Of a stretch of DNA of 64,000 bases, positions 13,195-23,521 are shown one piece after another. Made by a program: the position numbers and the translations under genes. Origin of the DNA: an uncultured Spirochaetota bacterium (GTDB taxonomy: Bacteria > Spirochaetota > Brevinematia > Brevinematales > JAOACQ01); the NCBI GenBank assembly GCA_963835575.1, contig CAWIGG010000003.1:64001-128000 (forward strand), read 5' to 3'. Below the pieces are notes generated by a model. That model saw only the letters and a list, made by a program, of their open reading frames with translations. It searched no databases and had not been told where the DNA came from. Numbering within the stretch: position 1 is the stretch's first letter; each line of letters starts with the position of its first letter.

Positions 13195-14817
13195 TTACTT
13201 GAGTTTCTTTTTTATATAATCTTTATAATAATTTAACTTATTATCCTTGGGAAAAGATTTAAGGGCTTCCCTGACCACATCCTGAGCTTTCCTGTAATTC
13301 TTCTTTTCTATTTCCTTAGAACAAAGCAGACGGTAAACCGTCAGAAGATTGGATAAAAGCGTTTCGCTTTTCGGGTCCGCCTGCAGGCCGATTTTGGTAT
13401 ATTTAATACCTTCTTCATACTCTTCCTTTTTAAAAAAGGCATTGGCCGTGTTTCCGGTAATATATATCATATTATTTTTTAAAAGCCTTGATTGAGGGAA
13501 AAAAGAGAGCCCTTTCCAGATTATTTCAATACCTTTATCCGGATTTCCGTAATCATAAAATTTCAGCCCGAGCTGATTATAATAATTCTCAAGTAATTCA
13601 TCAAAATAATCATTTTTCATCAGCTGATACCACTCCAGAATAAAATCCTCGCCTTCCGGATAAGTCTGCCAGTCATTAATGAGCTTTTTACTCAGAAGGT
13701 TCAGTCCGTTAATCATCAGGCTTGTAATGTTTTGATACTGCGGTTTCTCAGCAAGCGCTTTTTTACCGAATTCATATGCCTTCCGGAAATCCCCCTCTTT
13801 ATTGATCATTCTGTAAAGAACTCTTGTGTAAAGATTGTTTTCAATGGAATCATTGGTACCCGCGATCTCTCTCGATCTATCAAGTTCCTCAAAAGCCTTA
13901 TCATAAAGAGAGGAATCCACCAGACTGTTCAAATATTTATCCAGGACATAAAAGTAGTTTGTCAAAAACAGGCTTTTTTGGGGAAGATGCGAAATGGCCT
14001 CTTCCAGAATTGAAAGGGACTGAGTAAAGTCTTTTTTTGAATCGGCCAGATAGAGAACATAGAGACTATAAGCGGCCGCGACATTGGTATAAACATATTT
14101 CCCGTCCGGATAAATAGCCCAGGATTTCAAGGCATTTTGAAAAGCGGAATAAACCTGGCCGGTCTTCGAGGCAAAATAGGCTATATTGGCATAGGTATAA
14201 GCCAGCAAGCCTTTTTTATCAACTAATTCCATTATCTCCGGGTCCCGTGAATAGGAAAAACCGGTCAGCTTCTTGAAGTTTTCCTGAGCTTCCTCATTCG
14301 TGCCGATATCAAAACCAAAAGGGCTTGTGTTTTCAACATCAATTTCCCTCCCTTCAATTAACAGCATTGTATAGGCATGAGTAGGCAGCACAACCGCCTT
14401 ATAAGCGATACCCTGATCTTCCAGAAGGCTGTTATAGAGGAGCGTGGAGGACAGGCAGTTAAAACTGCCTTCTCTCAATAAAACATCCAGCGTCGTATCC
14501 GGTTCATGATAATTTTTTAATATTTTCTTATGCATTTGAGTGAATATATATCTGGCCTGTTCAATATTGCTTTTTGCAGGCGGACTTTCTGCGGCCATTT
14601 CCGCCTCAAAATTTGAAATCTGGACCAGATAATTTTCAAGAAATTCTTCTTTAACGCCGGCCGCTATAAGCGCTCCTTTTTTCAGGGAGAAAGAATCCGG
14701 ATTGAGAATCATTTGATATTCCAGGGAATTCGTATCAATGACAAGGAATTTTGATACATAAGAAAATATATATGAATAAAATAACAGTAAAACGCCGATA
14801 AAAAATAATTTTCTCAA
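13195..14817 (-). CDS. Exported TPR protein with N-terminal transglutaminase-like domain
   Basis: Likely TTG start at 14817 after AAAGGAG; signal-like N-terminus; FNCLSST...PTHAY...IDVENT (Cys-His-Asp/Glu pattern); C-terminal TPRs. Confidence 0.7.
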   Translation of the reverse strand: MRKLFFIGVLLLFYSYIFSYVSKFLVIDTNSLEYQMILNPDSFSLKKGALIAAGVKEEFLENYLVQISNFEAEMAAESPPAKSNIEQARYIFTQMHKKILKNYHEPDTTLDVLLREGSFNCLSSTLLYNSLLEDQGIAYKAVVLPTHAYTMLLIEGREIDVENTSPFGFDIGTNEEAQENFKKLTGFSYSRDPEIMELVDKKGLLAYTYANIAYFASKTGQVYSAFQNALKSWAIYPDGKYVYTNVAAAYSLYVLYLADSKKDFTQSLSILEEAISHLPQKSLFLTNYFYVLDKYLNSLVDSSLYDKAFEELDRSREIAGTNDSIENNLYTRVLYRMINKEGDFRKAYEFGKKALAEKPQYQNITSLMINGLNLLSKKLINDWQTYPEGEDFILEWYQLMKNDYFDELLENYYNQLGLKFYDYGNPDKGIEIIWKGLSFFPQSRLLKNNMIYITGNTANAFFKKEEYEEGIKYTKIGLQADPKSETLLSNLLTVYRLLCSKEIEKKNYRKAQDVVREALKSFPKDNKLNYYKDYIKKKLK

Positions 14818-14848
14818 ATGTTTCTCCTTTTGAATAATAAGGCCGGGA

Positions 14849-16210
14849 TTATCTGGCCTTTTTTTTAGAATTTTTATAGAAAAACAGCACAAATTGATCT
14901 CCGCAGATTTCCTGGATTTTTTTATAGAAATTGTATCCTTTACATTCTGTGGTCGTTCCAAAAAGCGTATAAAGCGAAAAAGAAAAATTGCCCAGGTATT
15001 CCTGCCTCATCGCATTTTCCATACTCTTAAGGTCCGACAGATTCATGATGAAAGGCTGGCGGTAAAAGATCAAACACCGGTTGTTTGAACCTTTGAATAT
15101 TTTATAAGCTCTTGTGGAAGAAACCGGCTGGACCGGGCGGAACTGTAAATTGCCCAATATAAATTCATCAAAGACTTTTTCATCTTTTGAATAATAATAT
15201 TCCAGAAACTTGTTATCGACCATTACCTTATACTTATGCATAAGATCTCTCAGGTCAGCGTAATCCGGATTAATTTGATAAGCCTTGGACCAGCTGTCAA
15301 TCGCCATAAAATACTCGCCCTGATCGAAATAGGCGCTGCCCAGAAGATAAAGCGCCTGGTATTTATAACGCGGTGTGAGTTTGCCGATATAAGTCAGGCC
15401 CATTTCAATGGCCTTGACCATTTGATTATCGGAGACAAGGTTCTTCATTATTCTTAAAAAGGCCTCTTCAAAATAATCAGCCTGATTCAGCAGAGGTTTC
15501 AACAGATTTATGGATTCCCTGTGGCTTTTTGCGATTGTGTAAGCATCCGAGAGCAGAATGGCGATATTGTATTTATCTTGAACATCGGGGATCTTCAGCT
15601 TCAGGGCGTTCTCAAAAGCCATGATTGCCTTGCGGTTGCTTCCCATCTTATTATGCGTATTTCCCAAAAGATAATAGGCTTTCCAATCTCCAGGATTCAC
15701 TTTTATTAATTTATCCAGGTAAAACACCGCTTTCTGGAAATTCCTGGCCCTGTAATTGATATTGGCCAATTCGAAGAGGGCCTTCTCATCATCCGGATTT
15801 TCCTCCAATGCCATCAGATAGTTTCCTGAAGCTTTTAGAATATCATTCCTTTTAGAGTACATGTTGCCGATTTTAATCAGCGTATTAATTTTAACGCTTT
15901 TTTTTACCTCGCTTGAAAATAAGGCAAGAGCATCTTCATAGTAATGAATAGCCTGCGGAATATCCGAAAGGCCTTCATATGCCTGCGCTATATCATTATA
16001 AACAGCAAAAGAACGTTTTTCTTTCGCCTGTTCCAGAGAAAGCTTGAGGGCTTTCATATAATCATTTTTTTTCAGCGCCTGATCGATAATAACGGCGCTC
16101 CGCTGTGATCTGAAATACTTCAGAACATATGAAATGCTTAAAATGATAAGAAAAATAGCTATTGAAAGCAAAAACAATAAAAAAACATTCATGGTTTGCT
16201 CTTTTTTCAT
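14849..16210 (-). CDS. Membrane-anchored TPR protein
   Basis: N-terminal TM helix; multiple TPRs (e.g. AYYLLGNTHNKMG, ALYLLGSAYFDQGEY); start may be 16192. Confidence 0.8.
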   Translation of the reverse strand: MKKEQTMNVFLLFLLSIAIFLIILSISYVLKYFRSQRSAVIIDQALKKNDYMKALKLSLEQAKEKRSFAVYNDIAQAYEGLSDIPQAIHYYEDALALFSSEVKKSVKINTLIKIGNMYSKRNDILKASGNYLMALEENPDDEKALFELANINYRARNFQKAVFYLDKLIKVNPGDWKAYYLLGNTHNKMGSNRKAIMAFENALKLKIPDVQDKYNIAILLSDAYTIAKSHRESINLLKPLLNQADYFEEAFLRIMKNLVSDNQMVKAIEMGLTYIGKLTPRYKYQALYLLGSAYFDQGEYFMAIDSWSKAYQINPDYADLRDLMHKYKVMVDNKFLEYYYSKDEKVFDEFILGNLQFRPVQPVSSTRAYKIFKGSNNRCLIFYRQPFIMNLSDLKSMENAMRQEYLGNFSFSLYTLFGTTTECKGYNFYKKIQEICGDQFVLFFYKNSKKKAR

Positions 16211-16277
16211 TTTTTATCGGTGTCAGACTTTTATAAATTAATGACGAATGACCGCAATCTGAGCGGTTTTATATATA

Positions 16278-16314
16278 GGGCAGTTCCAAAAACCTGTGAT
16301 TTTTGGAACTGCCC
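16278..16314. mobile_element. IS5-like miniature inverted-repeat element (MITE)
   Basis: GGGCAGTTCCAAAAA-cctgtga-TTTTTGGAACTGCCC, 15-bp perfect IR; resembles the IS ends at 39770 and 41053. Confidence 0.7.
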
Positions 16315-16569
16315 AAAACAGAGCGCCCCCGAAATGCCATGCAATGGAAAAATGGACTCAAAGCATTGCCAGGGTGCCGGGCGTAGAATTAAAAAACACA
16401 TGAAAACTTCAATTAACAAGGGGGAAAACCGCCCAGTTATGAATTATAACATAAAATGCGGTTAATATTTATTTTTTTAAATATTTATTTTATAATATTG
16501 GGCTTTAATTATTTTTTATTCTTTAATTATGATATACTATAGTATCATTTAACTCAAACCGAGTCATTT

Positions 16570-16607
16570 ATTTTGTAGAGACGCACGGCCGTGCGTCTCT
16601 ACAAAAT
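16570..16607. repeat. Perfect 38-bp palindrome, GTAG-type REP
   Basis: attttGTAGagacgcacgg|ccgtgcgtctCTACaaaat. Confidence 0.9.
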
Positions 16608-16713
16608 GGCGAGGGAAAACCTAAATCCTATTGATAAATAAGAAAAACCGCTCAGTTTAGATTTTATTAATGCAATTTTATCTTTTTTATAGAATTTCTA
16701 GATAATAACATAC

Positions 16714-16751
16714 AGGCAGTTCCACAAACAATGGTTTTTGGAACGGGGCCT
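16714..16751. mobile_element. Degenerate IS5-like MITE
   Basis: aggcagttccacaaac...gtttttggaacggggcct. Confidence 0.55.
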
Positions 16752-16840
16752 ATAATATAAAATAAAAAAAATAAAGAAGAAAAGACCGAATGAAAATCTT
16801 ATTCCCCGGGAATTAAGAATTTCAAAAGGAGTCATGATTT

Positions 16841-18676
16841 ATGAAAAGATTTTTATTAGCCGGCATCTTCTCTTATTTTTTTCTCATCGGTACAGCCTAT
16901 TCAATTAACGAGCTGCGCAGCCTTGATTTTCTTCCCAGATATTCCGTCATTAATTCTTCGTGTTTCGGAGGAGACAGCGGGGCTTTGCTGATCAATCCAG
17001 CCGGGCTTTACTCAGCGGACAGAATGACAGCGGAAATCTCGTCGGGAAATCTTCTTAATATTAACTTTATCGGTCTAACAGCAATGGTCCCCGGCATTGG
17101 CGGAGCTTTAAGCCTTGATCTTTTTAACACTTACAGCGATAACATGTCTCTTAAAAGAGGTCTTGCCCTGGGATGGGGACGGGATATTTTCGGCTGTTTC
17201 GCGATCGGGGCCGCTGTAAAAACCGTGTCTCATAATATTTTTGATACTTCAGACGGCGTTTTATTTGATGTCGGCCTGATTTTCTTCCCGAATGAATCGC
17301 TGAAGCTTGATTTCTTTAAAAATAGTTTTATCAATAATAAGATATTTTTTAGTTTTGTCGCACAGAATATAGGAAAAGAGCCTTTAACAACTAGCGACGA
17401 AGAGTTGAATCTACGCGTCGGGTTCGGCTATAATCTTGATGCTCTATGGACCAGGATTTTTGTGGAAAAAATGTTCTTAAGCCGGAATGAGCCTCTCATC
17501 ATAGGCGCGGAAATGAACCCCACAGTCGATTTTCTAAAATTATTTGTCCTGAGAGCTTCCTATGACATGCATGACGTAAAACTGGGTTTCGGGATCCATG
17601 GCGATGACGCTATGCTCGATTTTTCATATTCTCCGAATAAAAACGAATATTATTTCTCATTTAATGTCTCTTTTGAAAAAGGCAAGCAGGAAATGTCAAA
17701 GCTGTATTATGACGAAGGCCTTGTCTACTACAATCAGGCTGTCGATCTGGAAAAATCCGGCGAAGACGCGTTTGATGAATACCATCTTGCCTATGATAAA
17801 TTCTCAGCGGCGGTCTCTTACGATAAAAACAATAAAAAGGCGGACCTGCTCAAGACAAAAATCGCCAATAAAATCAATGATTATAAGAACCAGTTTTTAA
17901 CAAATGCCCAGTATTTTGAAAATAAAAATGACCCCGTCAGCGCTCTTATTTATTATAATAAGGCATCCCAGATAGAAAGCAGTTCATATTCAACCGAGAA
18001 AATAAACAGCCTTTCAACCAATGATACTGTTGTCAATTATATAAAAAATAAAAAGGCGGGAATAAATACCTCACTAAAGAACAAAAAATACTTCGCCGCG
18101 AAGAAAGAATCTACAAAGCTTCTGCTTGTCATGCCCAGGGATAAAGAAACGCTTGACATGCAGAGCACGGCTGTCGCCAAGCTAAAAGTGTTTGCGCTGG
18201 CCCACTATCAAAAGGCCCAGAATCTTTATGACCGCGAACTTTATGATGACTGCATCACGGAAGCAAAAACTGCCCTGGCTTATGATCCCGATCTGGAAAA
18301 AGCGAAAGATCTGCTCAGCCTTGCTTCCTCTGACCTTCTGGAAAAACAGGGCATCCAGAGGGCTTATGAGCTCTATAAAAATAAAAATTATTTAGGCGCA
18401 TATAAAATGGCAAATTACATTCTTTCAAAATCCCCCGACAATAAAGATGCCTCGGACCTTAAAGCGCGGATATTACGCGTCTTTAAGGAAAATTCAAAGA
18501 CTTATCTGAACACCGGTATCAACTATTATAATAATTCGGAATACGATAAGGCAGTTGAAGAATTTGATAAAGTGCTTTTTGCCGATCCCGGCAACAGCAT
18601 CGCTTCAGATTATAAAAACAGGGCTGTTTCCAAACAAAAAGCCATAGAAAAGCTGGATGAAATTCAGGAGGAATAA
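16841..18676 (+). CDS. Exported protein: putative outer-membrane beta-barrel (PorV/UPF0164-like) fused to TPR repeats
   Basis: Signal peptide; INPAGL motif; alternating beta-strand pattern over about the first 280 aa; helical TPR C-terminus; RBS AAAGGAG. Confidence 0.65.
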   Translation: MKRFLLAGIFSYFFLIGTAYSINELRSLDFLPRYSVINSSCFGGDSGALLINPAGLYSADRMTAEISSGNLLNINFIGLTAMVPGIGGALSLDLFNTYSDNMSLKRGLALGWGRDIFGCFAIGAAVKTVSHNIFDTSDGVLFDVGLIFFPNESLKLDFFKNSFINNKIFFSFVAQNIGKEPLTTSDEELNLRVGFGYNLDALWTRIFVEKMFLSRNEPLIIGAEMNPTVDFLKLFVLRASYDMHDVKLGFGIHGDDAMLDFSYSPNKNEYYFSFNVSFEKGKQEMSKLYYDEGLVYYNQAVDLEKSGEDAFDEYHLAYDKFSAAVSYDKNNKKADLLKTKIANKINDYKNQFLTNAQYFENKNDPVSALIYYNKASQIESSSYSTEKINSLSTNDTVVNYIKNKKAGINTSLKNKKYFAAKKESTKLLLVMPRDKETLDMQSTAVAKLKVFALAHYQKAQNLYDRELYDDCITEAKTALAYDPDLEKAKDLLSLASSDLLEKQGIQRAYELYKNKNYLGAYKMANYILSKSPDNKDASDLKARILRVFKENSKTYLNTGINYYNNSEYDKAVEEFDKVLFADPGNSIASDYKNRAVSKQKAIEKLDEIQEE

Positions 18677-18679
18677 ATA

Positions 18680-19450
18680 ATGAGAAAAAGGCTCGGGCTT
18701 AATATTGATCATGTTGCCACTCTCCGCGAAGCGCGTAAAGCCGTTTACCCGGACCCTGTCGAAGCGGCGGTCCTTGCCGAACTCTCCGGCGTTGACAGTA
18801 TCACTGTTCATCTGCGGGAGGACCGCCGCCATATTCAGGACAGGGACGTTATACTTCTGCGGCAGACCGTCAAAACGAAATTGAACCTTGAAATGGCCCT
18901 TAACCCGGATATTATTGAGGCGGCCCTCAAAATAATACCCGACGATGTCTGTATTGTTCCTGAAAAACGGGAGGAAATAACCACCGAAGGCGGCCTTGAC
19001 GTAATCAAAAACAGGAAAAATCTTCTGGGAACCATACCCCGACTCCATGAAAAGGGCATTGTCGTGAGCCTTTTTATCGATCCGGACAAGGCGCAGATTG
19101 AGGCGTCCAGGGAAACCGGCGCCGATTATATAGAAATTCACACCGGGAAATACGCGGAAGCAAAGGGCATAAAAGCGGTGAACCATGAGCTGAGCCAGGT
19201 TATCGAAAGCGCCCGCTATGCTTTTTCACTCGGGCTGAGGGTTAACGCGGGCCATGGTTTGAGTTACGCAAATGTCTACCCTATCGCGCTGATCGAGGAA
19301 ATCGAGACGCTTAATATAGGCCATTCCATAATTTCAAGGGCAGTCCTGACCGGCCTGGAGAAGGCTGTTTTAGATATGCTCTCTATTCTTGAGAAGGCGC
19401 ATACCGAGTCTCAGCACAAGGGCTCTCCATCGGACTCATCCCCTGTATAG
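18680..19450 (+). CDS. pdxJ: Pyridoxine 5'-phosphate synthase
   Basis: [42 protein letters not shown] and LNIGHSII motifs. Confidence 0.97.
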   Translation: MRKRLGLNIDHVATLREARKAVYPDPVEAAVLAELSGVDSITVHLREDRRHIQDRDVILLRQTVKTKLNLEMALNPDIIEAALKIIPDDVCIVPEKREEITTEGGLDVIKNRKNLLGTIPRLHEKGIVVSLFIDPDKAQIEASRETGADYIEIHTGKYAEAKGIKAVNHELSQVIESARYAFSLGLRVNAGHGLSYANVYPIALIEEIETLNIGHSIISRAVLTGLEKAVLDMLSILEKAHTESQHKGSPSDSSPV

Positions 19451-20369
19451 TGTTCCGCTCATTCAAAAGCCTGTCCAGAAAAGAGATATTATTCGGTTTT
19501 TCAAGCGTCCAGAGAGGGGCTAAAAGCCTGTCTTTGTCGCATTCCCCGAAAAGCCTGTGAAGTACAATATTCCGGGGAAGGATGGGAATGATTTTCAGCA
19601 GCAGGTTTAAGTATTCGTCGCGCTTCAGAAGCGTCAGTTTATTTTCTTTTAAGTCTTTTTCAAAGAAAGAGTTTTTTTCCACATAAAGATGATGGAATTT
19701 AAAACCGTCAACTCCCAGGCAGACCAGCCCCCTGACGCTATCAAGCATATCCTGTTCAGTTTCCCCGGGAAGACCTAAAATGAGATGGGCAACAACATGG
19801 ATATTGCCTTTCTTTTTTGTTTGCGCGACAGCCCATGCCGTATCGGCGGCTTTATGCCCGCGGTTAATTTTATCAAGGGTCGCGTCATTCATGGACTGGG
19901 CCCCGTATTCCATAATGAGGAATGTTTCCCCAGCCAATTCAGAAAGCATTGAGAGCTTTTCCTCATCAACACAGTCAGGCCTTGTGCCGACCGCTATGCC
20001 GCAGATTTCCTGAAATGCAAGCGCGCTTTTATAGAGGGAATAAAGTTCCTCTGTTTTTCCGTAGGTATTGGTATAGGCCTGAAAATAGGCAAGAAATTTT
20101 TTAGCGCCGTACTTCCTTCCGATGATTTCTTTGCCCATAAGGATCTGACCGGGAATGGAGAGGGCAGGTTTGACATATTCGGCCCTCGAGCCCGAATCGC
20201 CGCAGTAATAACAGCCGCCGGCACCTTTGGTCCCGTCCCTATTCGGGCAAGTAAAACCGGCATCCAGCGATATTCTGTAAACGGCTTCGCCGAATTTCTT
20301 TTTTAAAAAGGAATTCAAACTATTGTATCTTTTGCCGGAGAGTTCCCAGGGTTCTTTATTTTCAATCAT
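19383..20369 (-). CDS. Radical SAM protein, YhcC/TIGR01212-like
   Basis: [36 protein letters not shown] and HLILGLPGE motifs; likely ATG at 20369. Confidence 0.9.
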   Translation of the reverse strand: MIENKEPWELSGKRYNSLNSFLKKKFGEAVYRISLDAGFTCPNRDGTKGAGGCYYCGDSGSRAEYVKPALSIPGQILMGKEIIGRKYGAKKFLAYFQAYTNTYGKTEELYSLYKSALAFQEICGIAVGTRPDCVDEEKLSMLSELAGETFLIMEYGAQSMNDATLDKINRGHKAADTAWAVAQTKKKGNIHVVAHLILGLPGETEQDMLDSVRGLVCLGVDGFKFHHLYVEKNSFFEKDLKENKLTLLKRDEYLNLLLKIIPILPRNIVLHRLFGECDKDRLLAPLWTLEKPNNISFLDRLLNERNTIQGMSPMESPCAETRYAPSQE

Positions 20370-20406
20370 TTTTTCCCCTGAAATGCATTTTTGTAAAGAA
20401 AGATTA

Positions 20407-20541
20407 TTCACCGCAAAGCGATGCGCCGAGCCTGCCGAGGTGACGCTGAGGACGCAAAGAAGGTTCCTGGAATTATAATAATAAATATTTAAATAATAAA
20501 AATCTTTGCGATCTTTGCGATCTTTGCGGCTCTGCGGTGAA
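20407..20541. repeat. Tandem-inverted-repeat element (CGCAAAGA 9-mer type) with a REP in the left arm
   Basis: Left ttcaccgcaaag[cgatgcgccgagcctgccgaggt]gacgctgaggacgcaaaga; right tctttgcgatctttgcgatctttgcggctctgcggtgaa (20503-20541). Confidence 0.85.
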
Positions 20542-20549
20542 ATTCAATT

Positions 20550-21665
20550 CTAAACTGTTTTAACTAATTCCATGATCAACCGGACCAGGTTCTCCAGATC
20601 GTCGCAATCGATATATTCCTCCGTCGAATGGACATTCATCATTCCAACGGCAAGGTTAAGGCAGGCTATATGGTTCTGGTTATAAAGGTTGGTATTGCTG
20701 CCGCCTCCCGACCGTTCAAACCGCGGCTTCAGCCCGATGGATTCTATGGCTTTGCGGACTATCTGAATTATCGGGTCCCTTTTATTAAAACGGAAACCTT
20801 TATACATTTCAGTAAACGAAAGCCCTATATCAACGGCCAGTTTTTTATTTTTTTCAATTAGCCGCGTAATTTCCTCCTTCAGGCGGATGATTTCTTTCAT
20901 ATCATGAGACCTGAATTCTCCTTTAATAATACATTCATCGGGTATGATATTGGTAGCCTTTCCGCCCTCTATTAAACCCACATTGGCCACTGTGTCCTTA
21001 TTGAGCTTCCCCTGCGGGAGGCTTTCGATAATCTGCGCGGCTATCTTAATGGCATTGATACCCTGCTCCGGCGCGATGCCGGCGTGGCTTGCCTTCCCTT
21101 TCACCCTGATCTCATAACCGTAATGATGCGGCGCCGCCACATTCACGCCGCCGATTTTTCCATGGGAATCAAGAACAAAACCGTAATCGGCTTTTAATTT
21201 AGAAAAATCCAGGTGATGCACGCCGGTCAGGCCGATTTCCTCGGCGGACGTGAATAAAAAACTGATGTCGCCATGCCTGACGCCGGATGATAGCAATTCT
21301 TCAAGAGCGATAATCATTGCCGCCGCGCCTGCTTTGTCGTCAGCCCCGAGGATTGTACTCCCGTCGCTTCTTATTCTGTTATTTTCCACAACAGGCTTTA
21401 TGCCGATACCGGGCTCGACCGTATCGACATGGGCGTCAAAAAAAAGCGCCGGTTTATTATTTTCATTGGCCGGCAGTCTGACGATCAGATTGCCGGAAGC
21501 GGCGCCGGTATTTTCCATGGTATAAGGCAGGAATTCCATTGTGACAGGCAGATGCCCCAGCCTTGTTTTAATATAATCAAACATCTTCTCTTCTTTTAAG
21601 GAAAGGCTGTCAATCCGGACTATTTTTACAAATTCGTCAATGACCCGCTGAAGAATATTTTCCAT
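20550..21665 (-). CDS. M20 family metallopeptidase (peptidase T-like)
   Basis: AHVDTV, LGADDKAG, EEIGL, HAG..PE.GINAI, SGGGS and HSTEE motifs. Confidence 0.9.
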   Translation of the reverse strand: MENILQRVIDEFVKIVRIDSLSLKEEKMFDYIKTRLGHLPVTMEFLPYTMENTGAASGNLIVRLPANENNKPALFFDAHVDTVEPGIGIKPVVENNRIRSDGSTILGADDKAGAAAMIIALEELLSSGVRHGDISFLFTSAEEIGLTGVHHLDFSKLKADYGFVLDSHGKIGGVNVAAPHHYGYEIRVKGKASHAGIAPEQGINAIKIAAQIIESLPQGKLNKDTVANVGLIEGGKATNIIPDECIIKGEFRSHDMKEIIRLKEEITRLIEKNKKLAVDIGLSFTEMYKGFRFNKRDPIIQIVRKAIESIGLKPRFERSGGGSNTNLYNQNHIACLNLAVGMMNVHSTEEYIDCDDLENLVRLIMELVKTV

Positions 21666-21667
21666 TA

Positions 21668-22213
21668 TTATTCCTTAACCCTCTTCCATTCTTCATCCAT
21701 GACAAGTTCTTCAATATTCTGTACAGTTATGCCGTTATAATAAACCTGCCAGGCATGGGAAACGCCTGTAAGAGTGTCGTCATCTATGATCCTCAGAATG
21801 GAATAAGTTTTTGTAAGAATTTCATTCAAATATACCTGCCGGGCAATTTCCTCAGGCAGCCAATTGGATAAATATTTCGGATTATACTCATATTCCAGTA
21901 TCTTGACCGTTTTATCATCCAGATATTTGACCAGGACCGGTATCTCGCCGCCGTTCTTTCCGATAATTTTTCCCTTTTTCCCTTCAATAATTATAACCGC
22001 TTTTGATCCCGCGCTTTTCTTTTTCCAGGTCCCGTCAAAATTAATGGATAAACGGACTTTTTTCTCCTCTTCAGGGCTTAACTCTTTTAGCAAATTCAAA
22101 TCAACAGCGCTTTTTTTTTCAGGGACCGGGGGCTCTTTTACTTCTTTAGCGCAGGATGCTGTTAATACCACTAAGGAGATAAAAATGAAATATTTTAATT
22201 TTACTTCCATCAT
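21668..22213 (-). CDS. Hypothetical lipoprotein
   Basis: Lipobox LTAS-C after a hydrophobic stretch; lies within the secG-ispD-peptidase run; start 22213 or 22210. Confidence 0.7.
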   Translation of the reverse strand: MMEVKLKYFIFISLVVLTASCAKEVKEPPVPEKKSAVDLNLLKELSPEEEKKVRLSINFDGTWKKKSAGSKAVIIIEGKKGKIIGKNGGEIPVLVKYLDDKTVKILEYEYNPKYLSNWLPEEIARQVYLNEILTKTYSILRIIDDDTLTGVSHAWQVYYNGITVQNIEELVMDEEWKRVKE

Positions 22214-22224
22214 TCCCCCGCTTC

Positions 22225-22899
22225 TCATACATTTTTTAAAATCTGCTCCGCCATCAATAAATCCGGAGGTGTCGTAATCTTTATGTTATGTTCTTCCCCC
22301 GCTATAATATCGGCTTTGAGTTTCAGCATCTCAAACACGCTGGAATCGTCCGTAAAATCAGTCCTGTCCTTTTTATGGGCAAGGATATGGGCTTTATAAA
22401 TCAGATCGAAATGAAAAAACTGCGGCGTCTGGATCTGATAGACCGTATCCCGGTCAAGGTAATTTTTTATTTTGCGCCCGTCTTTTGAGATAATAAGAGA
22501 ATCTTTTACCGGAATCACAGGCACGGCCGAGCCATTTTTTTTAGCCGAGGCTATCCCCTTTTTAAGAAGATCAAGCGAAAAGAGCGGCCTTACACCGTCA
22601 TGGATTACGGCAATATCCGCGCTTTTCTCCGAAAGCCGCCTCAGGCCGTTCAAGACGGAAAGCTGCCTTGTCTTTCCGCCTTTTACAACTTCAATTGCAG
22701 GATCATTTTTAATAATTTTTTTTGTTTTTTGTATCCAGTCCGGATGAGAAACAATGATGATATGATCAACACACTGCCTGAACTTTTCTATGCTGTATTC
22801 CAGTATGGTTTTATTGCCCAGCCTTAAAAACTGCTTCGGGATTTTAGAGCCGTACCTTGAACCCGTCCCGCCGGCCAATATAATACCGCCGACTATCAT
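22225..22899 (-). CDS. ispD: 2-C-methyl-D-erythritol 4-phosphate cytidylyltransferase (IspD/TarI family)
   Basis: ILAGGTGSR, PKQF, GG.TRQ.SV.NGL, IHDGVRP, QTPQ, FTDD and NIKITT motifs. Confidence 0.9.
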   Translation of the reverse strand: MIVGGIILAGGTGSRYGSKIPKQFLRLGNKTILEYSIEKFRQCVDHIIIVSHPDWIQKTKKIIKNDPAIEVVKGGKTRQLSVLNGLRRLSEKSADIAVIHDGVRPLFSLDLLKKGIASAKKNGSAVPVIPVKDSLIISKDGRKIKNYLDRDTVYQIQTPQFFHFDLIYKAHILAHKKDRTDFTDDSSVFEMLKLKADIIAGEEHNIKITTPPDLLMAEQILKNV

Positions 22900-22923
22900 A
22901 ATCCTAATTCACTTAACCCGCAT

Positions 22924-23274
22924 TTATTTATTAGTGCCGAGAGGAATTTTGATTATGGCGTTAGTTCCGGTATTGACTGTAGAATTCGTCTGTACAGTTG
23001 CTTCCTCTGTCTGCTGCTGGGTGGGATGCTTGCGCGCATAATTCTGCATTTCTTTTATTTTAATATATCCCATTAAAAAAGCAGAGACTATAAAAATACC
23101 CACAAGCCACTGTGTAAATTTAACCAGGACCTCGCTTGTTTTAGCGCCGAAGGCCCCCATCGTCAGGTCGCTGCCGAATACTCCGGACTGGGCCCCGCTG
23201 CCTGACTGCATCAGAATAACCGGAACAAGCAGGATAATATCCAAAATGAATATAATCATCAGGAATGTAAACAT
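22924..23274 (-). CDS. secG: Preprotein translocase subunit SecG
   Basis: Two TM helices flanking ILMQSGSG..SGVFG...FG; polar tail. Confidence 0.85.
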   Translation of the reverse strand: MFTFLMIIFILDIILLVPVILMQSGSGAQSGVFGSDLTMGAFGAKTSEVLVKFTQWLVGIFIVSAFLMGYIKIKEMQNYARKHPTQQQTEEATVQTNSTVNTGTNAIIKIPLGTNK

Positions 23275-23308
23275 AAATCCTCCATCTTGAGTAACGAAAT
23301 ATTTTATT

Positions 23309-23467
23309 CTTAACTGAGTGCTTTGTTTTAGATTTAGCTACAGCTTATATATTTGCAGTTTTCCACCCCGCGTCCCTCGATACGCCCTAACAGGCTACTC
23401 GGGAACCGGCGCGGGGTGGAAAACTGCCTATTATTAAGCTTTTTCTAAAAAAAATCACTCGGTTAAG
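23309..23467. repeat. Three-layer nested palindrome
   Basis: Outer IR cttaactgagtg/cactcggttaag; inner perfect 18-bp IR gcagttttccaccccgcg (23355-23372)/cgcggggtggaaaactgc (23410-23427); REP-like core. Confidence 0.85.
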
Positions 23468-23521
23468 GCTAATCCTTTATTACCTGAAATCACCAATTTA
23501 TCAGGGGATAAAATAACTATC

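Noticed and set aside
14818..14961. N-terminal extension of the 588-aa ORF
   Set aside because: Overlaps the upstream gene; a strong RBS and signal peptide point to TTG at 14817.
16196..16465. Short ORFs on both strands (89 and 62 aa)
   Set aside because: They run through MITE and repeat sequence in a divergent promoter region; no supporting features.
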